Program-made: the position numbers and the translations under genes | Shown: piece by piece, positions 14,501-24,999 of the stretch | Layout of the letters: the number at the start of each line of letters is the position of its first letter | Numbering within the stretch: position 1 is the stretch's first letter | Origin: Raillietiella orientalis | Taxonomy: Eukaryota | Direction of reading: 5' to 3' | Assembly: GCA_036172245.1 (NCBI GenBank) | Contig: JAYWIR010000012.1 | Span: 3,844,001 to 3,908,000 of the forward strand | DNA length: 64,000 nt | The notes under the pieces: generated by a model | Databases searched by the model: none | The model's input: the letters and a program-made list of their open reading frames with translations, nothing else | Told to the model about the DNA's origin: nothing

Positions 14501-16514
14501 AAATCCTGAAAGCAGTTCACTTGCCACCCATGCGCCCGGAGTTCCTTTCCTTTCTTCTTTTTTTTTTTTGTTTTTTTTTTTTTTTTTTTTAAATTCATAT
14601 ACACGAAAGGCACGAACCCGTCAATGTAAGTGCGCTTCGCACGTGGCCCCGTCTGGCGTTTTCATGCGGATGTAAACTGCAAACATCGTGTGTGTGGTGT
14701 TTGTGTGTATGCGCGCGATCGTCGATTTCCAGGAGCGGCTCCGAGAACACCGCGTGACGATGTCTAATAGTGGAGTGTTCCTTTCAGCTGGAACCCGAGA
14801 TGGGAAACAAATCCACTGCGAGCACCGCTGATCAGAACGCCATGCGCGGTCTCGAATTGAACGGGGACAACGCCGGAGAGAAGCACAGGACGCTCACACA
14901 TTACGACACGGAAGAAGAAGTGGAACTCCCTCCGCCCATGAAAGTTCTGCAGGAGCACAACTTCTCGAACGAGTTCCTCCAGAGCAAAGTACGTAAAACT
15001 AACCCCATTACCGAGAGATTGGAGCGAGCCTCCGTTGCAGTCCTCGGACGTTTCCCTGAAGATCGACGAGGCGTCCCAATCCGGGGACATGGTTTCCGAA
15101 ATCGAGAGCATGGTGCAGCAGAAAGTAAGGTCCCGCTCGTATCCTCCCTTTGCGAGTTTCCTCCCTTCCCGATTGTCCGCTTTCAGGAGTTGTGCCTGGA
15201 AGTGCTGAACAAAAAGGACGGGGGCAGCAGCTCGAGCCTGTTCGAGCCCGCCTCCAGGGAGGACGAGGACGACAAGGAGGCGCCCCACGAGGCGAACCCG
15301 GACAAGGAGGAGCCGTCTGGAGCCGCCGAGATCCAGGAGAAGGCCCTCAAAGAGCGCCAGTCCGTCCTGGAGGAACTCGCCAGCTCGGAACGCGACTATG
15401 TCCGCGATCTCAGCGAGGTGGTGGACGGATACATAAAGCTGATGCGCGACCCCGACTGCGACATCGTTATGCCCGAGAACCTGCGCAACGGGAAAGACAA
15501 AATCGTTTTCGGGAACCTGGAAGCCATTTACGAGTGGCACCGAGAGTGAGTTGGGAGGGAGCAGCCGGTGGCAAAAAAAAATCTCACCTTCCTCCTCTCC
15601 CCCCCCCCCTCTCCCCTTTCTCCCTCTCCCCTCCATGCCTTGCAGCTGCTTCATGAAAGCTCTCGAACGTTGCGTGGAGAACCCTCAAGAGCTCGGGCTG
15701 TTGTTCAAGCGCTCGGAGAAAAAGTTGCGCATGTACATCCGGTACTGTTACAACAAGCCCAAGTCCGAGTTCATCGTCTCAGAGTACGTGGACGGCTATT
15801 TCGAAGAGATCCGTAAGAAGCTGGGTCACCGTCTCACCCTCCCTGCCTATCTCATCAAGCCCGTGCAGCGCATCACGAAATATCAGTTGCTTCTGAAAAA
15901 TCTGTTGCGTACCGCAGAGCGCGCCGGGCTGGAGAAGGAGGCCGAGTCCCTGCGGAAGGCGGTGCACGTCATGCACAACGTCCCCAAGGAAGCGAACGAC
16001 ATGATGGACCTGGGAAGGCTGCAGGGATTCGAAGGGACCATAAAGTCCCAGGACAAGCTGCTCCTTCAGGGTCCCCTCCTGTGCGCGGAAGGGAACAGCC
16101 GCTCCCGGGAGCAGATGCAGGTGTTTCTGTTCGAACAGTTCATCATCATCAGTGAAAGTTACGCGAAGCACTCGGCCTTCTCGAGCCGCGTTTTCAATTT
16201 CAAGAACCTCCTTCAGGTCAGTCCTTGCCTGCGGCGGCCCCGCCCCAGCTCACGATCCCGCGTGTCTCTAGATCAACAACATGGTCCTGGAGGAGATTCG
16301 CGACGAGAAGGACCCGCTGCGCTTCCTCCTTCGGTCCACGGACCCCCGACGCTCCCTCGTGTCTTTCGTTTGTCAAGGTTTGACGCCGGAAAGTACCAAC
16401 CAGTGGATCTCCACGATCCGTCCACTTCTGGAAACCCAAAGCAACTTCCAGCTGGCTCTTCAGTCTCCTATTGCTTACCAGAAAGAATTAACAAAGGAGG
16501 AGTCAAAATGCTAG
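5541..16514 (+). CDS. trio: Trio/Kalirin-family RhoGEF, C-terminal part (second DH-PH, RhoA-type GEF2 module); spliced, 5' end uncertain
   Basis: Phase-compatible GT-AG exons: 5541(or 5544)-5682 ([12 protein letters not shown], Trio linker motif), 14788-14988 ([11 protein letters not shown]), 15041-15124, 15187-15545 (DH start: [16 protein letters not shown]...[13 protein letters not shown]), 15646-16216 ([28 protein letters not shown] start), 16272-16514 (PH end, ALQSPIAYQ helix as in Trio/p63RhoGEF, TAG). Confidence 0.9.
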
Positions 16515-16527
16515 TCACTTGCCATTA

Positions 16528-16602
16528 AATATACATACATATATGTGTATATATATATACATGTACATACCTGCACACATATATAGATAGTTATAGATAT
16601 AC
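16528..16602. repeat. Degenerate (TA)-rich microsatellite in the Trio 3' UTR region
   Basis: atatacatacatatatgtgtatatatatatac... directly visible. Confidence 0.75.
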
Positions 16603-16699
16603 TGTTACATGACGAGCGTTTGGTGTTTTCATTTTACTTGATACCCCTCCCCCTCTTTCTCCTTCTCTGTACCTGGGGTCCTGAGAGCAGTCCCCAGAG

Positions 16700-18125
16700 T
16701 GTGCACATACGCACCGCGTGGTTCTCTCTCCGTTTGGGGTTCAGGGGCGGGGGTCACGTGAACGGAACCAGCGGACTTCCAAGAGCTCGACGAAACCCGA
16801 GACGCACATCATCTGCACCCTGTGGTTGCGAAGGACGAAGCTGCCATTCCTCGGGGGGAGGGGAGGTCTCTCCCTCTCTCGTGGGCGTTGCGCCCCGTGT
16901 CCGGACTGCCCGAGCGAAGCGCCTTCGACGTGACCAGGAGGAAGATGCGAGTGGGCGGACCGGCAGGATGGCAAAAACCCTCCAGGACCGAAGGGTGGCG
17001 ACCGGCAGTCGGACGCGTTCCTGTCCACGAGCCAGGCGCGCGACCCTAACGGAACAGGGCGTTCGCAGTGCTGCGCTGGAAGTCTCCTGGGGCTCCGAAA
17101 ATCGACCACCACCTCACTCGCAAGATGTGGCTCGTGACGTCTCGCACCCGGCTTGCACTTGCCGGACTGCTCGCACCGTTTAATCGCCCGCCGTGATGCG
17201 ACCGCAACGCTCAGAGCGGCTGCTGCTCCGTCCGACCTGCTTGCCCTCTTCCCTTTCTAAACGCCGAAAATGCTGACTGCACAGTCGGCGCGCGGTGTGA
17301 CGCGCGCGCCTCCCTCGGCGACAACAGCTCGCGGACCCACCCACCCCTAACGCCCAGCTCTTTAAAGATCCGCCGCCGTCGCTGTCTCGGAACGCCAGCG
17401 AGAAGCCAAGCGGCTCTGTGGAGCAGCGACGATCCTCCTTACTCTCCGGCCGGCAGGTCGGAACTGGCGAGCGATTCGCCGCCCGCGAGCCCTCCCACCA
17501 CACATTCCCTCCTGTAAAGTAGGCATCCCGGCTGCGAGAGCAAGCAAGCCTCCAGATTGCGGGAGAGCACCGTCCGCCGCACGCGCGCTGTTCTCCCGAA
17601 GAACTTCCCGCACTTGTTCGTGCATTGTGTTGCCCTCCGGCCCCTATGGGAGTGCCTTGCCATGACCTTAGGAACCCCCGGCAGCAACCGCAGGGACGCT
17701 CTGAAACTCCACTTCGTCCGCGACGCCTTTCGGCCCGCAGCTTCGCCAGCGGCTCTCTGCTGCCTACGCGGGATTGTAGCGGCCTGGAGCTACGCAAGAG
17801 GAGGGCACAGCGACAGGGATGCCACATCCGCTTTGGCGTCCGATGCATGAAGATGGCAACCAGAGAACCGCCCCCAGCAAAGCGTAATCCCTTCCCACGC
17901 ACCCACCCCATCCCACTTCAGTTTATCTATTTATTTATTTTTATGTCTTTTTTCCTTTCTGCCTTCCTCCTCTGCTGCCATAGCGGACTTTGACCTGTCT
18001 ACGTACCGGTAATCCTGCAGGCTCCCGCCGAAATGGACGTAGTTGCACTACCAGTCCAACCACAGAGGCCGTGGTTGTTTATTTCTTTTACACGAAAGAA
18101 ACGCCTCGCTGCACCCGAGTGACAA
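16700..18125 (+). mobile_element. Decayed 5'-truncated Tx1/L1-like non-LTR element (post-RT region, zf-RVT-like finger, 3' UTR)
   Basis: NFPHLFVHCVALRPLWECLA (zf-RVT-type H-x-F-x-x-C). Similar to the copies at 21.6-22.2, 59.2-59.8 and 60.1-60.5 kb; shared aatcccttccc UTR start and terminal motif at 18096-18125. Confidence 0.75.
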
Positions 18126-18571
18126 TCCTTCCGAGGAACTCGCGGAAGCCTCGGACGGCGGAAAGCACGACCAGTCACCCCTCGCCACTAATGACCACAA
18201 GAGTGGCACACACCGACCTTCCCTTGCGTCCTCAAGCGATCCGTGATCGCTCCGTAATTTCCGGCTGCGAACTCGGGGTGCTCAGTTCGTCTTCGTGTGC
18301 TCTTCCGTCTTCGAACGAACGAACGCCCGTCCGTGCCAGAAGCCCTTTCGCCTGCCGTCCGCGCCACAGTGGCAACATTTCCCCATCCGCGTGTCGACGA
18401 GCCGGGGGTAATGGGACACCACCATTCCGCCGGCGGCTGTCCGTACCAAACGTGGAAAGACGACACAGCGCGAAGAGCTTGCTGGTCACGGCTTTGTGCG
18501 CAACGCGCGCTGAGTAAACAAAAGGCGCCTCTCGAGGTGGATAGCACATTGCGGTCACCTTTAAACTTTGA

Positions 18572-18878
18572 GGTGGGGTGGGGTGGGTGCGGGGGAAGGG
18601 ATTACGCTTTGCTGGGGGCGGTTCTCTGGTTGCCATCTTCATGCATCGGACGCCAAAGCGGATGTGGCATCCCTGTCGCTATGCCCTCCTCTTGCGTAGC
18701 TCCAGGCCTCTACAATCCCGCGTAGGCAGCAGAGAGCTGATGGCGAAGCGGCGGGCCGAAAGGCGTCGCGGACGAAGTGGAGTTTCAGAGCGTCCCTGCG
18801 GTTGCCGCCGGGGGTTCCTAAGGTCATGGCAAGGCACTCCCATAGGGGCCGGAGGGCAACACAATGCACGAGCAGGTG
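18572..18878 (-). mobile_element. Inverted, near-identical copy of 17611-17915 (retroelement C-terminal fragment)
   Basis: Reverse complement of 17611-17915 with few substitutions; ORF pairs 17625+/18679- and 17557+/18639- give almost identical translations. Confidence 0.9.
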
Positions 18879-19159
18879 AGTAGAGAGGCCGTCGATGGCG
18901 AGTTCTGTTTCCGAGGTATCTCCACCAACTTTGTTTGTGGCTTAAGGGTCAAGCGAAGGCCGGTTAACAAAGGGTGCACCCGAGTCTTCGTTGCTCTGGT
19001 GGACGGGTCTGCTCGTTGGCAGGCGGAGTTGCATCTGCCGGCAAGCAGGTCCGATTTCCATCGCTTCCGGAGGGCCCTCTGCTTGCTGCTGCTGCAGGAA
19101 CCGCGGATATCAGAGCGCGGTAGTTTCCGGTGGTGCTGCTGCTCCCCGATCCGAACGGA

Positions 19160-19372
19160 ATTTCAACTCGGTCACGCTGGTACAAAAACAAACCACAAGT
19201 TTGAGGGGAAGAAGAGCATCCCCTCAAAAAACAAGAAAAGCCAAAAAAAAAAAAAAAGTTCTTCCGGGATGATCACCGGCACGCAGATCGGCTTCTGGAA
19301 AGTAGGGAACGGAGGAATGGAACAATAAATAACGTAAAAAAGAGGGGAGGGGAGGGACAGGGATCTTTGGTT
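19160..19372 (-). mobile_element. Isolated 3' UTR fragment of a related retroelement subfamily
   Basis: Minus-strand aaaccaaagatccctgtccctcccctcccc matches aaaccaaagacccctgtccctaccttcccc at about 60760-60790. Weak terminal motif near 19160-19182. Confidence 0.55.
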
Positions 19373-19399
19373 TAAGACGTTCCTTTCCTGCTAGAATCG

Positions 19400-22188
19400 A
19401 CTCTGGATGGTGAGGATCTCCCTGACTACTTTTTCTGGCAGGTGAGACCACCTTGCTGCTGCCCTCATGAGGGCTGCTGCCACGCAGGCAGCCTCTCTTC
19501 GCCTCGAACCTGACTCTAACGCAAGGAGGGCTGTCACTATACTGCAGATACGTCAGGGGAGGAGACGCAGCGGCGGCTCGCGGAGCCTTTCTTGATTGGC
19601 GATATCATCGGCGCCATCCAAAGTCCCGGAAGAGAAAAGCGCCAGGGGAGGACGGTCTACCCACAGAGTGTTACCAGAGCTTTGCTGCAGAGCTCGCGCC
19701 TTTGGCTCAGAAGATGGAACTGCTGACTCGGGAAACAAGCGAGGTACCTGCCTCGTTCCGCTCAGCTAAAGTAAGGCTCCTCCTCAAGGGAGGAGACCTA
19801 CGCAACATCGGCAACTGGAGGCCAATTGCTGTTGTAAATACAGGTGCCAAGTTGCTGACGAACCTGTGGTCCAGGAGAATCGGACGGGTGGCCGAAACGT
19901 TCATAAGTCCTGAACAAACCTACTCTGTTCCCGGCCGATCAATGGAAGCCAACCTGTTCCTCGCGCTGACCTGGCTCGCGTTGCTACAGAGGGGTGACGC
20001 AACAGAACGGGGGAATCCCCGATTCCCCAAGAGCCAGAGACAGGGAAGCCCCTTGTCGTGGGATGCGTCGGGAGCCCTCAAGGTCGCGGTCGATCTGCTC
20101 AAAGCGTTCGGCTGTGTTGACCAGGTGCTCCTCCTGGAGCTTCTGGAACGCTTGGGATTCCCGGCCGTCATCCTGGCCTATCTGCGCTCCAGCTGGCGCT
20201 CCGCGTTGATAAATGTTTTTTTTTCAGCGGCCGGCATGTTTACGGCATTCCGGTGCCAGGCAACTCGAGACAGGGAGACAGCTGAGCCCCTTACTCTTCA
20301 GCACCTACTTCGAGTTGGTGCTGAAGGCGTACAGGGGTACTCTGGCTTCCCTGCCGACCTCATGTCCCAGTTCGCCAGCCTTGGCGGTCTATGAAGATGA
20401 CCTCTTGCTGCTGCTCTGCAGGTCCACCCCTACTGATGTACTAAAGTTCTTCGAGATCCTAAGCAGGGGAGCAGGCATGGAGGTGAACAGAGCAAAGTCA
20501 AGCGTGTGCCCGGTCGGCGCGACGTGGACTGGGCAGTCGGACTGGGTCCGTTTGGGGATCCACACGGTTCGGTACTTCAAGTAACTAGGCGTGCCGATAG
20601 GGCACATTTCCCCTACGGAAGCGCGCCCCGACTGCCTCCAGAAGGCAGAGTCGGTGCTCGGTTCGTTCCAAGGAGGCAGCTTCCTGTTGCCGGAGCGGGC
20701 CGTAACTTTGAACACTTTTGTTGCCCACATCCTCCAACCTCTGCTTTTTGTTTGCCTCTCCCTCCCCGATGTGGTGAAAAGGGCGATGGGCCTCCTTCGT
20801 AAGGCCCTCTGGGCAATCGGAAGTCCCGAGTCCGATTAAAAGACTTGTGCTCTCCTCGTCGCGACGGAGGCCTTGGACTCCTGAAGTTGGAGCGCATGGA
20901 ACTTCAACTGAACTTCAGAAGACGGTTCTTCGTAGCATATAACTGGGACACCTATTGGGGTGCCTCTGCACATTCGCTCTCCCGGCTGGCGGTCTGTGGC
21001 GAAGGACTCGCAACCCTGTTTGCGTGTCACCACCGCCGCCTCCCATCTTGCGTCTTCCCGCTGCTGTGTGTCGCTGTTCTGGTGAGAGCGAACACGTGAA
21101 TTTCATGCCGCCCCGCGAACACTCCGGCCTGGCGAGAGGAGAAAGTGGGGACCTGGGCCCAGCTCACTCGGGCCCCGCCGTAAGGTAGCCGCTGCCAAGA
21201 GTTTCAGAAGAACAGCGGAAGAACAGTGGAGGCGATGGGTAGTGAGCTGACTATGTTGGCCTGCTCACCAGCCAACCCCTTCGCCGCATCGGAGCTCTCT
21301 GCTGTCGGGGTACATGGCACCTGCCTAGTGGCGAAATGGGAGGTTTTCTGCGAGATCTCGGCCCGCAAGAAGCCGATCGGCGGCTGGACTCCGCGTCAGC
21401 TGGCTGACTCGTCAACACCAAGAACCGGCTTCTTGGAACTTGGAACGTTAGAGGGAACTCTTCTCCATCCAGCCTGAAGAGTTGGAAGTGCTCCTCCTGT
21501 TTATGGATAGAAAGCTGCTTCCTCTCAAGTGGCAGCAATAGGCGCTGATACTGCACTGGGGTCTCCGTGCAATGCGCGCCGGTACCACTGGCCAAAAATA
21601 AGCGCATCGCCGAACTGTGCCAGGTGTGGAGAGAAGGAAACTTTCCCTCACTTCATAGTGTAGTGCGTCTCCCTCCGGGACTTGTGGGCCCTCTGCGTCC
21701 CTTCCTCACCCCGTGGACAATCCCAGAGACTCTCTGAGGCCCCTCTTCTGAGAACTCTTTAGGGGCCGCAATCACAGCGCTGTACTGCGTGCGCGGTCTC
21801 GTCGCGGCCAACTGCGACGCCGAGAGAGATCGGAGCGAAGGGGGGGCTGCCCTGCACGCCATCCGCTCCTGCAGATAGCTTTGAGATGGTACCACCTGGA
21901 CAGGGAGAAGGAGGAGCTCGCCGGCATCCTTCAATGGATCCAGAGACCTCAACCACTACGAAATGTGATCCCTTCCCTTCTCCCCAATTAATTTTTGCTT
22001 TTTGTGTGCTGCTTGTTATAGTTTGTTTTCGGTTTCTCTTTTTGTTTCATTCCCCTTACCCTTCGTGGGCATGATGGACCTCTCCGGCCCTCCCCCCTTC
22101 TTTCTAGTGTACTAGTTGGAATCGGTGGGCCATCGGCTCCATCGATTCCTGCAAGAGAATAAACGCCCCGGCGCACCCGGGTGTGAAA
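19400..22188 (+). mobile_element. Tx1/L1-clade non-LTR retrotransposon, degenerate RT plus C-terminal region
   Basis: DGLPTECY, KGGDLRNIGNWRPIAVVN, ISPEQTYSVPGRS, VDLLKAFGCVD, LSPLLF, YEDD (YADD position), VNRAKS, YFK*LG, PRRDGGLG, zf-RVT-like end. Frameshifts and stops present. Confidence 0.9.
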
Positions 22189-22199
22189 TCACAGCACCC

Positions 22200-24290
22200 T
22201 TCTTCAGTCCGTCTCCGATGAAGAAGCGCCGTAGCAGGTTGGTGGCGGTGTCCTAGGGTTGACGGAGTTCAGAAGCGAGTCTCCGCCACAAGTCCTCAGG
22301 GTCACGGCAGTCCAACGAAAGGTGCGGGAGCGATTCCGTCGCTCCGCATCTGGAACGGTTCGGGGAGACAACTCCCCCGGAAACCAGGTGTCTGTGCTGA
22401 TTGCACTGGAATCATCAGTGCAGAAATAGCAAGACATCTTGTTTCCAGTGCAGCGGGAACATGGAGATGTTCACGCAGAGTGTTCTTCGGAGGACACACC
22501 AAGAAGCTCACTCCACCGAAGGAGTCCATTTTCCCGGAAACGAGGAATGACGGCGTTCACCAACGCGCTCGTCTTGCAGCGTTTTGCTGGGAGTTTCTCG
22601 ACTCCTACAATGTTGCAGGAGAACTCCTACCCTAGCCGATTGGCTGCTGTGATTTCTTGCCCTGAGGGCAGAGAGCTCTGCAACAAGGTGTGAGTGACGC
22701 TGGATGGACGATAGGCTTTGAGTGTTGCCCGAAGAACAGCTGTGGTACGAAGAGTCCCCTCGGCTGGAGCTGGGACGGCAGCGGTGCCATTTCGGATTCG
22801 TCTGTCGCAGAAGCCGAAGTCCTTCCAGGGACCACGAAGCCGGTTCCCTTCGGGACTTCCCCTCCAGTGGGGAAAACGGAGCATTACCATGGAGCTGGTT
22901 AGTACCCACCTCGGGGGGTGACTCTCAAGAGTGTCAGAAGCGCGCTGCTCCCTTCGGGAAGCGTCTCTCAGGAGTTCTCTTCAGAGGAGGAGGGAACAGG
23001 GAGCAATTCCTTTCCAGTTCCCTCCGGAGAGAATAAGGAAGTGGTTTTCTTGGGGATTCCCTCCTTGGCGTGAGACGAAAATCCTGCTTTCTCCGGAGCC
23101 TTCCTGGGTCCGTAGGGTGGTCCGTGGTTACCCCCTAACTTGAAGAGTTGCACGCAACCTTGGGTGGTGTGGCACAGTGTCAAAAAGCTACGTGAGCCCC
23201 CGTAAGGAAGTGGGCGGGTTTTCAGCACTCGGCAACCCCCCCTCCCCTACCCCCAAAAATGAAGGGTCTGAAAGGGAAGGGCATAGAGGAACCCGGAAGT
23301 GATCTCCGCGTGGACACGGGGGCACGCAGACGAGGAGAACGCGAAATGCAGACGGACCTGTCCTCCCCACGAGAAAAAGAGTTGAGTTACCGAGACAGCA
23401 GAGGAAAGGTTGCATGTGTGTCTATCCAAATGAGACCCGTCCTGAGCCCGCAGCCGTTCCGGGTCAAACCAATGGACCTGAAGCGGCTCCCTGGTCTCCC
23501 CTGGCACGCTCTCAGGGATGCGCGAAGCGCGCGTGGAAGGAGCGGAAGACCGAGCGATGAGCGCAAGGCTTCCCCATTTACACTGGATCCGCCTGGGGAT
23601 CCCCACGGGCAAATACTTCAAGTACCTTGGCGTTCCGTTGGGCGACTTCTGCTAGTCAGCAACGTGCTCAGCCTGCCTTCAAAAGGCAGAGATGACTCTC
23701 GGTCCGTTCCTCGATGGCAAGTTCGTCTTGCCGGAGCCGAAGTGTTCCATATGGAACACTTTTGTTGCCCCCATCCTCCACCCCTTATCCTTTGTTTTCC
23801 CGCTGCCTTATTCGATGAAGATCCGGGCGCAACGCCTCCTACGGAAAGTTTTGTGGGGCGCTGCAAGATCACGGATTCGCCTGAAAGACTTGGTGGCGCC
23901 GCGCCAGGACGCTGACTTGGACTCCTGACCATCGAGACGATCGGACGGCAGGTACAATTCCAACTTCACTCCCTGTGTATTCGATGCTGGTCTTCCCGTT
24001 GTTGTGCTCCGACGCGCCACACCCTTCAGAGATGCCTTGGTAACGCAGGACTTCTTTCGCTGTTGCTGCGCAACTTACGCCGGAGGACTGGATTCAGCTA
24101 CCCCCTGAGGCATCTGTCCTCGTTGCTGATAGCCCATCCGTGGATCTCCTGCCACCCGACAAACTGCCTAACAGCAGGAAGCTCTGAAGCTATGGACTGC
24201 CACTTTAGAAGTGCGCCCAGAGGAACTGCGACCGCTGAAGAGTATGCTACGCAAACCACTAGATCTCCTGCAGGATGGGACTCAATGGTC
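22200..24290 (+). mobile_element. Rearranged copy of the same family: zinc-knuckle ORF1 remnant, repeat-rich spacer, then RT end (KYLG onward)
   Basis: CFQC...AEC-like knuckle near 22440; spacer 22820-23230 shared with 26 kb and 62.5 kb; WIRLGIPTGKYFKYLGVPLG and NTFVAPILHPL...LKDLVAPRQD parallel 20550-20880. Confidence 0.75.
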
Positions 24291-24294
24291 CCGG

Positions 24295-24950
24295 CTAGCC
24301 GTCACCTTGCGGGGGGGACTCGAAACCCCGCGAACCAATGGACCTCCCCAACACACACACCTCGGCGTCGAGCCCCTTCCCTGGGCGGTATTCGAACCTG
24401 CGACGCTCGGAGACCGTGGCGACGCGACCGTTGACTCGAGAGTGTGCGCAAACCCGCATTCGCAGGGGGAGTGATCCGCACCGCGTCCGGGGGGGGGGGG
24501 GGGGGAATGCTTCCCTGCTTGACCCTTGAGGAAGCTGAGGGTCAACGTCCGGCGGTCTGGCTTGCCGAAGTGGGCGTGGCGGTACTTTGGGCGGAAAGTC
24601 GCACGGCGCGGGTCTGTCTGCTCTCCACGCCGCCTCCATGGAGGCAGAGCGAAGGAGACCGGCCGGCACGGACCCTCGGGCGCGCGTCCCAGCCGCGAGA
24701 GTATACAGCAGTCCACGCATGTTTGTCCGTGGACGAACGACGGCCGTTCCCCCTTTCCCCTCCATCCCCTCTGCGCTTGCTGACGTCACCGAACTGAGGA
24801 GCTGCACTTCTCCTTCTACGCCAGCCCGGGCTTTGCTGCTTTTCGGCGCTTCTCGCTCCGAAAGCCTCGTCTCCCGGTGGCACCGGGGAGTTTGTTCCAA
24901 CGGAGTAATCCAGCTGGGAGAGCGGTTCCCGACGGGGAGCAGAAAGAGGT
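24295..24950 (-). mobile_element. ORF1 (gag-like, degenerate double CCHC knuckle) fragment of the Tx1-like family
   Basis: CAHSRVNGRVATVS...GKGLDAEVC...RGFESPP; the RGFES ending recurs at about 25940 (+) and 62265 (+). Confidence 0.55.
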
Positions 24951-24999
24951 CCAAGTGGACGACGATCCACGCGCACTTCGACCGCTCCGAAAGTCCGGA

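Noticed and set aside
14800..14820. MGNKST as an N-myristoylated start of a stand-alone RhoGEF
   Set aside because: The exon splices in frame from the upstream Trio exon 5541-5682, so this ATG is probably internal.
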